DNA from: Chiloscyllium plagiosum
Taxonomy: Eukaryota
Reading direction: 5' to 3'
Assembly (NCBI RefSeq): GCF_004010195.1
Contig: NC_057757.1
Span: 8,018,458 to 8,082,457, forward strand
DNA length: 64,000 nucleotides
Made by a program: the position numbers and the translations under genes. The notes beneath the pieces were generated by a model. The model saw nothing but the letters and a program-made list of their open reading frames with translations. It made no database searches and was not told where the DNA came from. Shown here in pieces: positions 14,001-26,000 of the stretch (position 1 is its first letter; each line of letters opens with the position of its first letter).

Positions 14001-17000
14001 ATGTCTAAATGCTTCTGTCCCCACGACCCTGACAGTGGTGAGTTCCATCACCCTCTGAATGAATTTGTTTCTCCTCACAATTCCTCTAAACCTCCAACCC
14101 CTTCCCATCAATCTACTCAGCATGGTCATTGATCCCTCGGTCAAGGGGAAATGTTTCTTCTGGGTCCCTGATGACTCCTTTTCAATCATGGCCCCATCAG
14201 TTTCCTCAATTTTCAAGCAAAAATAAAACCCCAGTCTGTCCGCTTTCTCTTCATAACCTAATCGCTCCAGCCCTGGGAGCATCCCGGTAAACCTGCTCTG
14301 CACCCTCTGCAGTGCAATCACATCTCCTCAGTAACGCGGAACCTGGAACTGCACACAATGCTCGAGCTGATACTGAAACCAGTGCATGTTCCAATTCCAG
14401 CATAAGCTCCCTGCTCTTTACATTCATAGAGTCATGGAGATATACAACACGGAACCAAACACTTTGGTTCAACTCATCCATGTCGACCAGATATCCTAAA
14501 ATAATTTAGTCCTATTTGCCAGCACTTGGTCCATATCCCTCCAAACCCTTCCAGTTCGTATACCCGTCCAGATGCCTTTTGAATGTTGTAATTGTACCAA
14601 CCACCACCATTTCCTCTGGCAGCTCATTCCATACACGTACCACCCTCTGCGTGAAAAAGTTGCCCCTTAGGTCTCTTTTATATCTTTCCCGTCTCACCCT
14701 AATTCAATGCCCTCTAGTTCTGGACTCCCCCACCCCAGGGAACAGACTTTGTCTATTTATCCTATCCATAAGACCATAGGACCATAAGATATAGGAGTGC
14801 AAGCAAGGCCATTCGGCCCATCGAGTCCACTCCGCCATTCAATCACAGCTGATGGACATTTCAACTCCACTTCCCCGCACACTCCCTGTGTCCCTTAATT
14901 CCTTACGAGGTCAAGAATTTATCAATCTCTGCCTTGAAGACATTTAACGTCCAGGCCTCCACTGCACTCCGTGGCAATAAATTCCACTGGCCCACCACTC
15001 TCTGGCTGAAAAAATGTCTCCTCATTTCCGTTCTAAATTGACCCCCTCTAATTCTAAGGCTATACCCACAGGTCCTAGTATCCCCACCTAACAGAAACAA
15101 CTTCCCAGCATCCAACCTTTCTAAGTCATACAGTTCCTTGCCCCTCATGATTTTATAAACCTCTATAGGGTCACCCCTCAGCCTCCGACACTCCAGGGAA
15201 AATGCTCTCTATCTCAGCTAATAAAGGCAAGGGCTCCTTATGCCCTCTTCACTAAAGAACATAGAACATAGAACAGTACAGCATAGAACAGGCCCTTCAG
15301 CCCACGATGTTATGCCAACCACTGATCTTCATGTATGCACCCTCAAATTTCTGTGACCATATGCATGTCCAGGAGTCTCTTAAATGTCCCCAATGACCTG
15401 CCTCCACAACTGCTGCTGGTAATGCATTCCATGCTCTCACAACTCTGTGTAAAGAACCCGCCTCTGACATCCCCTCTATACTTTCCTCCAACCAGCTTAA
15501 AACTATGACCCCTCGTGTTAGTCATTTCTGCCCTGGGAAATAGTCTCTGGCTATCGACTCTATCTATGCCTCTCATTACCTTGTATACCTCAATTAGGTC
15601 CCCTCTTTTCCTCCTTTTCTCCAATGAAAAAGGTCTGAGCTCAGTCAATCTCTCCTTATAAGACTAAGCCCTCCAGTCCAGGCAGCATCCTGGTAAACCT
15701 CCTCTGAACCCGCTCCAAAGCATCCACATCTTTCTTATAATAGGGCGACGCAGTATTCCAAAGTTTTATAGAGCTGCAACAAGATCTCACGACTCTTAAA
15801 CTCAATACCCCTGTTAATGANNNNNNNNNNNNNNNNNNNNNNNNNNNNNCTATACTGTCAACGATACCTCCAACCTTTGTGTCATCTGCAAACTTGCTGA
15901 CCCATCCTTCAATCCCCTCATCCAAGTCATTAATAAAAATTACAAACAATAGAGGCCCAAGGACAGAGCCCTGTGGAACACCACTCACCACAGACTTCCA
16001 GGCAGAAAGTGACTTATAAATTATATGTTTTTATGTTGTGATCCTTGAACAATTAGCATCAGTTTCCAAAACTTATCACCTTGCACACTGTAGTGATTGT
16101 AATGTAGTCAGCCTGATTGGGGCTGTTATTCAGGGTCCACTCAGGGAGCCCTGGCTGACAGATAGGAACAGGAGTGTCAGAGGTTCTGTTCACTCTGAGA
16201 GCTGGCTCTGAGGGAGCTAGGTCAGGGTTGGGGACTCTCCATGTGTATATAAAGGTTGACGGGAAACCTGCTCCTGTCCTATATCACTGAAACACTTCAA
16301 CAACTTGCCCTCTCATACCATCTGTGTTTTGCTTGTCCAAAATGATATCAGGGTAACTAAAGGGAAGTGTTTATTGTAATAGCCAGAATCATGTGGGCCT
16401 GTGGAAGAAAGTTTTGATCAGATTAGATTTCCTACAGTGTGGAAACAGGCCCTTCGGCCTAACCAGTCCACACCGACCCTCCGAAGAGTAACCCATCCCC
16501 TTCTGACTAATGTACCTTACACTATGGACAATTTAATATGGCCAATTCACCCTGACCTGCACATCTTTGGAGGAAACTGGAGTACCCAGAGGAAACCCAC
16601 GCAGGCATGGGGAGAATATGCAAACTCCACACAGACAGTTTCCAGCGGCTGGGATTGAACCTGGGACTCTGGCGCTATGAGGCAGCAGTGCTAACCACTG
16701 AGCCACCGTGCTGCCCTATTGTTTGTGCTAATGTGTCAGGAGAGAAAAGGTTAGTGACCAACAATTTCAACACATTCACATGCACTGATTTGCTGTTTTT
16801 GAGTTTTGCAGATTAGGTCTCACATTGGCCGTTACGTCAAATACCTCTTGATTACACTGCACATATCAATTTTGCTCATTCCACATTTTATTTGGCTCCC
16901 CTGCTCTAAGACATACATGTATGGTGGAAATGTCACTCAATGAGTTATTTTATATTGACAACATGGAGTGGATCATTCCCATTCACTGCTCCATCCAAGG

Positions 17001-20000
17001 ACATAGAGTCATAGGGATGTACAGGACAGAAACAGACCCTTCGGTCCAACCCGTCCATGCCGACCAGATATCCCAACCCAATCTAGTCCCACCTGCCAGC
17101 ACCTGGCCCATATCTCTCCAAACCCTTCCTATTCATGAAGTCCACATAGAACACAGAATATAGAGCAGTAACTGGACAGTAACATTGTGCTGAACATGAG
17201 AAATGAAACTAATCCCTTCTGCCTGCACCTGGTCCATATCCCTCCATTCCTCACATATTCATGTTTATCTGAAAGCCCCTGAAACACCCCCTATCGTATC
17301 TGCCTCCACCAAAACCCCCTGGCAGTGCATTCCAGATTTCTACCGCTCTGTGATGAAAACTTGCCCCTCACATCTAATTTCAACTTTCCCTCCTTCACCA
17401 CTTGTTTTTCAAGTCTGAGAGAAATGTTCTGATCATCAACCCTATCTATGCATCTCATAAATTGAGATGCATAAACTTCTATCAACTCGCCCCCCAGCTT
17501 CCAGAGAAAATGATCTGAGTTTTTCCAGCCCCTCCTTCTAGCTCATCCCCTCTCATCCAGGCTGCTTTTCTGGTAAACCTCTTCTGCACCTTCTCCAAAG
17601 CCTCAACATCCTTCCTGTAATGTGGTGACCGGAAATGAACACAATACTCTAAGTCTTTTAAAGCTGCCACATGACATCCTAACTCTTGTACTCAATTCCC
17701 TAACTAATAAAGGCATGGCCCTAATCTCTAACGAATGGATTTGAATTCAATGGTTTGATTGTTTTAAATCCTTTGTTTTACTACAACTGTACGGGACAGT
17801 AGTTATTTTTCACATTGATAAATTGGAAGATGGTATAACATTCTGAAAGCCACACAGTGATGTACAGTGTACTCAGTGAGAGTACAGTGTTGTGAGAAGT
17901 TTTTAATCTGCCGCTCTCAAGCTATCAGAGTGAGATTTCTCTTCTTTGCTAATGGAGAGGAGGTCACATTGTGAACAGCTCAGATTGATGTTACAATCCT
18001 TGCCTTTGAGAGATTAGCATCATTTTCTGAAGCCTGTGACCACCTTTCACAAAAACACGTGTACAACTTGTCCTGTGAATTATCAGTGTCATGTTCACAG
18101 CCAGCAATAACACAGTAATTGAAGTGGTATATTTACCATGGTGGTAGCCATAATCGTAAGGTCCTGTGGAGCCAAGAGTTTTGTGTTAGTGTGTCTGGAG
18201 GCAATGATCCATGTACAATATTTAACATTCCAAACCTGCAGCATTGTCAATGGTCAGAAAAGCTCAGGGCGCTTCACCTGAATGGTCTGTGCTGACCAGC
18301 AGGAGGGTTGGAGGGTGAGATTTTCTTTAATGTTCAGCGGGAGATACTGAATGGTCTACCGGGCATTCTATTGTCTGCTATTTGTTCTGTTCAGAATATT
18401 TTCCACTCCATTGTTGCAACTTTGAAAATTAACCTTAACTCCCAATGATTACTCATACTCCATTTGAATTCTGGTGAGGAACCTACTATGCAGACATTTA
18501 AAAGGTGAAGTGAGTTCTTTTTTTGGTAAATAATGATTCAAAAAGAAATTTGTAAATATCCTCTCATTGTCTGTGCATAAGTACAGTAGGAGTGTGAAAG
18601 TTGGTGAAAGCATCATGTTTGTAGTTGGATTACATGCTTTAACTCTTCCACTGATGGTTGAGAATATGTCTTAAGGTGTCCCTTTGCTAAAGACTATTCA
18701 TAGAGTCACAGAGTCATAGAGATGTACAGCATGGAAACAGACCTTTCGGTTCAACCCGTCCATGCCGACCAGATATCCCAACCCAATCTAGTCCCACCTG
18801 CCAGCACCCAGCCCATATCCCTCCAAACCCTTTCTATTCATATACCCATCCAATTGCCTTTTAAGTGTTGCAATTGTACCAGCCTCCATCACATCCTCTG
18901 GCAGCTCATTCCATACACGTACCACCCTCTGCGTGAAAAAGTTGCCCCGTAGGTCTCTTTTATATCTTTCCCCTCTCACCCTAAACCTCTAGTTCTAGAC
19001 TCCAATTCTGGCAAGACAATGAAAGGAAATATTTTTTACTTTGCTTATATATTCTCAATCTGCGCTCGTAGATACTGTGAGTCAACCTAACCAGGTGGAA
19101 TGTGAACCGAGATCACCTTGCTCAGAGGGAGGGACACTACAGCAGTGTCACAAGATCCCATAACAAGAAGAGGATCAGATGATGGAGATATTTTCTGAGT
19201 CAAAATGTTCAGGCAGGAAAGTATACTCGACTGGAGTACACGGGACTGGAATTTGGGCCTCCTGGCTCAGAGGTAAGGACACTACCACACACACACAAAC
19301 TTGTCGCTCAATACCACTCCGGTTGCCAATCACAAATTGGTGCCTCGTGTTGGAAATGACCAACTTCTACACACCAGAGCAGTGCTGCTTTGGAACCCAA
19401 CAGTCCCCTTCAAAGACTCTGTTCGTCTGTTGTGCTCCAATACATAGGAGAGTCAACGTTCCCTCTCAGAGTGTATCGTAATTGGGGGGGAGGGTCTGTG
19501 TAATGTTGCTGTCACATGTGCTTCCATCAAGCTTTCGATTGCTGTCTCATTGGGAACAGGGAGCCAATCCATCAGAATGTCCCATTATTGCTTTTGTCCA
19601 AAACCTTTGCAAATATAGATTGAATTCCCTCCAGTGTGGAAACAGACCCTTCAGCCCAACAAGTCCACAATGACCTTCCGAAGAGTAACCCACCCAGACC
19701 CATTCCCCAACCCTATATTTACCCCTGACTAATGCACCTAACACTATGGGCAACTTAGCATGGCCAATTCACCCTCACCTGCACATCTTTGGACTGTGGG
19801 AGGAAACCGGAGCACCTGGAGGAAACCCACGCAGACACGGGGAGAATGTGCAAACTCCATACAGACAGTCGCCTGAGGCTGGAATCGAACCGGGGTCCCT
19901 ATTGCTGTGAGGCAGCAGTGCTAACCACTGAGCCACTGTGCCACCAAAATATCTTTCACAACTCACCACAAACGCTCCATCATATGAACAGTATTGAACT

Positions 20001-23000
20001 AACAAAGCAAAAATAGCCATTTTGGGATCAGTGACCAGGACAAACCCTGATCCAGCTCTCTATATTTTGCTGCAGCTTCTAAATCGTGCTGAATGCCTTC
20101 AGACTTGGCAAATTCAGAAGCACAACCATATGTTGAGCTCATATGTACAATGTTCAAAACCTTTGACTCTTCCCAATGTGTGACTGCTCCAATTGAACAC
20201 ATTAGTTCAGTTCTGGTCAAATAATCAATATATTGGTACATCTTTGAGGTGTGTACAAAAGCAGAAGGAGCACAGGACTCATATACGTGATTCTCTTAAG
20301 GTGACCAGAGAAGTTAAAACAGTTGTAAAGAAAGTTGACAGGCCCTTTGGGTTTATAAACCGAGACATAGAGTACAAAAGCAATAAAGTGTAATGTATAA
20401 AATGTAATATATTGTATTTTAATGATAAAATATAAAAAAGTATAAAGTATAAAATCAATACTACATCTCTACAAATCATTAGTTGGACCACATTTGGAGT
20501 ATTGTGTTCAGGTCTGAGTACTTTATTAGAGCTCTGGAGAAAGTTCAAAGGAAATTTACGAGAATGAGGGATTTTGCATACAAGAAATGATTGGTGAGAT
20601 TTCATTGGAGCAGAGAAGTGATCTTATTGAGGCGTTCAAAATTATTATCAATTTTGAAAGGGTAAAGAAAGATAGTCTTATTCCACCCGTTGGTATTCTG
20701 TATCCCGGGGTTACAGTTTTGTCAGCTCAAGTCACAGAGATGCACAGCAGGGAAACAGACTTTGAATTAGAATCTCTACAGTGTAGAAACAGGCCCTTCG
20801 GCCCAACAAGTCCACACCGACCCGCCGAAGACCAACCCTGCCCAGACCCATTCCCCTACCCTATATTTACCCCTGACTAATGCAACTAACCTACACATTC
20901 CTGAACACTACAGGGCAATTTAGCATGGCCCACCTTTGGAGTGTGGGAGGAAACTGGAGCACCCGGAGGAAACCCATGTAGACATGGGGAGAATGTACAA
21001 ACTCCACACAGTCGCCCGAGGCCGGAATCTAACCTGGATTCCTGGCGCTGTGAGGCAACAGTGTTAACCATTGAGGCACCATGCCACCCTCAGTCCTTTG
21101 GTCCAACTTGTCCATGCTGATGAGCTATCCTAAATTAATCTAGTCCCATTTGCCATCACTTGGCCCATATCCCTCCAAACCCTTCCTATTCATATACCCA
21201 TCCAGATGCCTTTTAAATGCTGTAATTGTACCAGCCACCACCACTTCCTCTGGCAGCTCATTCCATAAATGTACCACCTTCTGTGTGAAAAAGGTGCCCC
21301 TTACATCCCTTTTAAATCTTTCTGCTCTCACCCTAAACATATGACCTCTACTTTTGAACTCCCCTACTCTGGCAGCAAGACCTTGTCCATTTACCCTATC
21401 CATGCCCCATTTGATTCTATAAACTTCTATAAGGTCACCTCCCGCTCCGGTTTCCTCCCACAGTCCAAAGATGTGCAGGTCAGGTGAATTGGCCATGCTA
21501 AATTGCCAGGAATGTTAGGTATAGAGGTAAATGTAGGGGTATGGGTGGGTTGCGCTTCGGCGGGTCGGTGTGGACTTGTTGGGCCGAAGGGCCTGTTTCC
21601 ACACTGTAATGTAATCTAATCTAATTCTTCCTATAGGAGAGAGACCAGAATTACACATAGTATTCCAAAAGTGGCCTAACCAGTGTATTTTTCTCAGAGT
21701 GAACTCTGATATCCAGAGATACTTGTTACTAAACAGTAGAGGTAGACAGCTGTGCTGGGTCCCTGCTGGGACAGACAGCTGTGCAGGGTCCCTACTGGGA
21801 CAGACAGCTGTGCAGGGTCCCTGCTGGGACACAGAGCTGTGCAGGCTCCCTGCTGGTACACACAGTTGTGCAGGGTCCCTGCTGGGACAGACAGCTGTGC
21901 AGGGTCCCTACTGGGACAGACAGCTGTGCAGGGTTCCTACTGGGACAGACAGCTGTGCAGGGTCCCTGCTGGGACAGACAGCTGTGCAGGGTCCCTGCTG
22001 GGACACAGAGCTGTGCAGGGTCCCTGGTGGAACACACAGCTGTGCAGGGTCCCTGCTGGGACACACAGCTGCGCAGGGTCCCTGCTGGGACACACTGTGC
22101 AGGTTTAGTCCTCATTTGTTTTGTCTTTTACTTGACATCTGCTTACTCCCTCTTTCCCCTATTTTGGAAGTGCTGTTGTTTTAGAGTTTCATAACAATTA
22201 CAACAGCTTTTATTTATACAACAATGTAAGAGCTTATAAAGCATTTATTACTGTTCCAAAATTTCAAGGAAATCAGTTCCAAGACTGACAAAAAAAGACT
22301 CAAAAAAGGAGCAGCTCTTCCAGTCACCATTCACGCCTGTCCTCCATCTTGGATTCCCATGAAACTTTCACAGAGAGGTACGGGTGAGTTAAAGAGAGTT
22401 GTTCGGATTTGGAATGTGCTTCCCGGGAGAATGGGGGAGGAGGATTCCATAGGAGGTTTCAAAAGAGATCCAAATAGATATTCAAGAAAGAAGAAGTCAA
22501 AAGGCTGTGGAGATGGGACTGGGGAATGGGTCTAGCTGGATATCACTCTCAGGAGCCAGTATAGACACAATAGATCGAATGGCCTCCATCTGTCCACTAA
22601 AATTCTAGAACCCTCTGATTCTATGCCCACTGTTCTCTGTCCTACTTCCTAAAGCTGATGGAACGAGAGACATTTTGTCATCACTGTTAAACAACTTATC
22701 GTCCAACTGTTTTAAAGAATGACAGGAAATTCACTGGAATCATGTACTTACCATGATATCCATAACTGCCTTTTCCTGTGGAGCAAACAGATTAGTTTTA
22801 ACCCTGACCGGTAAGGACGCTTTGGAGAGCAGCACTTTAAATGGCTGTCAGAGAAACATGGAGTCATCGAGATCAGGTGTACCCCAGAACTCTGTGGGAA
22901 CCTTGGGAAGTGATTGCTGGGCCCCTTGCTGAGATATTTGCATTATTGATAGTCATGGTCAGTTGTCAGAGGTTGTGCCTGGGGTAAGGTGAGGGAGTCC

Positions 23001-26000
23001 AAAGTTAGAGGGCGTAGGTTTAGGGTGAGAGGGGAAAGATTTAAAAGGAACCTAAGGGGTAACTTTTTCACACAGAGGATGGTACGTGTATGGAATGAGC
23101 TGCCAGAGGAAGTGGTGGAGGCTGATACAATTACAACATTTAAGATTCATTTGGATGGGTATATGAATAGGAAGAGTTTGGAGGGATATGGGCCAAGTGC
23201 TGGCAGGTGGGGATATGGGCCAAGTGCTGGCAGGTGGGACTAGATTGGGTTGGGATACCTGGTCGGCATGGACGGCCGAAATGAAGTAAAGCTATCAGAA
23301 CTATCTGGTTTCCATGGTTTTTTTTGCTACTCCCTCAGGCAGTGGGAGCTGCTTTAGATGTTTGGCTGCGCGAGACCCCTGAGTGTTGGTGAAGGTAGAG
23401 ATTACTAAACCGGTTCATGAAATCATGAGGGGCATGGAAAGGGTAAATAGACAAGGTCTTTTGCCTGGGGTGGAGGAGTCCAGAACAAGAAGGCATAGGT
23501 TTAGGGTGAGAGGGGAAAGATTTTAAAGGGACCTAAGAGGCAACCTTTTCACAGAGAGGGTGGAATGAGTTGCCAGAGGAAGTAGTGGAGGCTGGTACAA
23601 TTGCAACATTTAAGAGGCATTTGGATGGGTATATGAATAGGAAGGGTTTGGTGGGATATGGACCGGGTGCTGCCTGGTGGGACTAGATTGGGTTGGGATA
23701 TCTGGTCGGCATGAAGGGTCTGTTTCTGTGCTATCCACCCCTATGACTCTGTAACTATCGAAGATTATTTTGGATTTTTTACCTCGCTCACAGAGGAAAC
23801 ATTTCTCAAGTATACACCAACGCAAAGAGACATTAGCCCTTTTATACTGTAACAGAAACAAGTGCTGATTGATTGGCAAGTGATTGATGGACATGCAGCA
23901 ATTTGAAAATCCACGCCGTTCATTAATGGCTGCAGAGGCACCCGAGGGAGAAAGCAAGGTCCCTTATCGACAGAGCTACCTTGGAAGTTTTTCGCATAAA
24001 AGTATCAATGCAAGTAAAGTTGCAGGATTGAAATTCATACCTGGCCCATAGTAGGGATCATGTTTCACAAGAGGTGCTGAGGAGGAAAGAGAGTTGTGTT
24101 AGCATGGTAGTTCTGAGCACCCTTGTGGTACAGTGGTAGTGTCCCTCCTGCTGAGCCAGGAAGGTCCAGCTTCAAGCCCCATCTGCTCTAGAGCTGTCTT
24201 CACATTTCTGCACAGATTAGATTAGATTGATTAGATTATTTACAGTGTGGAAACAGGCCCTTCGGCCCAACAGGTCCACACCGACCCGCCGAAGCGCAAC
24301 CCACCCAGACCCATTCCCCTACACCTAACACTACAGGTAATTTAGCACGGCCAATTCACCTAATCTGCACATTTTTGGACTGTGGGAGGAAACCCACGCA
24401 GACACGGGGAGAATGTGCCAAACTCCACACAGACAGTTGCCTGAGGCCTGAGGCGGAAACTGAACCCAGGTCTCTGACGCTGTGAGGCAGCAGTGCTAAC
24501 CACTGTGCCACCATGCCGTTGTCTCGAAAATATCTGAGGACAGTCTTTGATAAGTCACATAGAGCCAAGTCACTTCTAAATGCACTCCTGGCATTGTTCA
24601 GTGTGATAGAGGGATCGGAAAATGACAGCCTGGCCACAAAGGGGCACTTCAGCAGATGGTGCCAATTTATACCAATGTCAACCCGCTGATTTTCTGATGT
24701 AGTTAGTTCAAGGGATTACACCAAGTTAACTTGTCTTAATTTTTATTGGATGTATTATGGCACATCTGAATAGCCATTATTTCTTGAGATGGGGCTTGAT
24801 ATCCTGATCCTCTTGGCCACAGATAAGGCACATATACCGCAATATTTTAAGACACTTATCTATTTTAGCTTGCGTTCATGTCAAACATATTGCTTAAGGG
24901 TCAGTCAGTCTCCTTCTGAGTGTTGAATCCCAAGCTTTGAAGAGCACTATTTGAGGCAATTGCATCAACATAATCTTTCCCATTGTTCTGATGAATTGTG
25001 TGAACGTGGATCTTTTCCTGGTCACACCATTTTTGTTTGGAGGTGACACCAGCCATGTGTGAGCAGTAACATTTACAAATGATTCAGGCTGACCAAATGG
25101 GCTGGGAACCTAGGAGAAGATGGAGCTCTGGGGAGTGCGTTATCCAGTTGAGGACCGAGCAAAAAAAGACACGTAGGAAGACTTTCAAAAAGGTTCCTCC
25201 CACAAAGATGTGTAGGTCAGGGTGATTTGGTCACGCTAAATTGTCCATAGTGTACAGGGATGTGTAGGTTAGGTGCACTAGTCAGGGGGGAATATAGAGT
25301 AATAGGGTAGGCTCTGGGTGGGTTACTCTTTGGAGAGTTGATGTACACTTGCTGGCCTGTTTCCACACTGTGGGGATTCTATGCAATGTGAAGTTATTAT
25401 GGAACTGACAAATGAAATGTCGGCCTTCAAAGCAAAAGCAGGAAGCAACCCAGGACTTGAACACGCCGTGCCTTAGAGAAGCTGTTAAATTGCAGCATTA
25501 GCTGGGTCTCAGAAACTACTGAATGGCCATTCGGATCTTTACAGCCAGCTCTGCCTTTCAGCTTGATCCTGACTGATCCTCTATCCCAACCCCACCTTCC
25601 CATACCCCTTAATGCTTCTAAAACCTCAAAAATAAAGCTATCTCATTCTTGAATTAATTCAGTGACCCACTCCCCTCTGCGACCAAGAACGTAAAGAGCA
25701 GTATAGCACAGGAAAAGGTCCTTCGGCCCTCCAGGCCTGTGCTGATCATCATGCCCTTACTAAACTATGAAACAAACCCCCTGCACTTTTTCGGTCCATA
25801 GTCCTCGATTCCTTCCCTGTTCATGTAACCACTCAGATGCTTCCAGCCCCCTCTTCTGGAAGAGTGTTCCAGGCTCCTATCACTCTCTTTGTGAAAAACT
25901 TCCCCCTTAAACTTTCCCCCTCTCACCTCGAACCTGTGTCTCCGTGTAACTGACACTTCTCACCAGGGGAAAAATCCTTTATCCGCCCTGCCTATGCTCC

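Noticed and set aside
19967..19998. 32-nt minus-strand segment with good splice signals (tttgttAG|...|GTGAGT), [11 protein letters not shown]
   Set aside because: Its length is not a multiple of 3, so it would break the phase-1 frame, and it is unrelated to the repeat. It could only be a cryptic or poison exon.
12087..22194. Cys-rich ORFs over the 29-bp arrays, and a CRISPR-like appearance
   Set aside because: Minisatellite read-through in all frames; there are no unique spacers and the context is eukaryotic.
25077..25109. 33-nt candidate exon (ttctcctAG|gttccc...cattt|GTAAAT)
   Set aside because: In-frame TGA in phase 1 and a weak donor.
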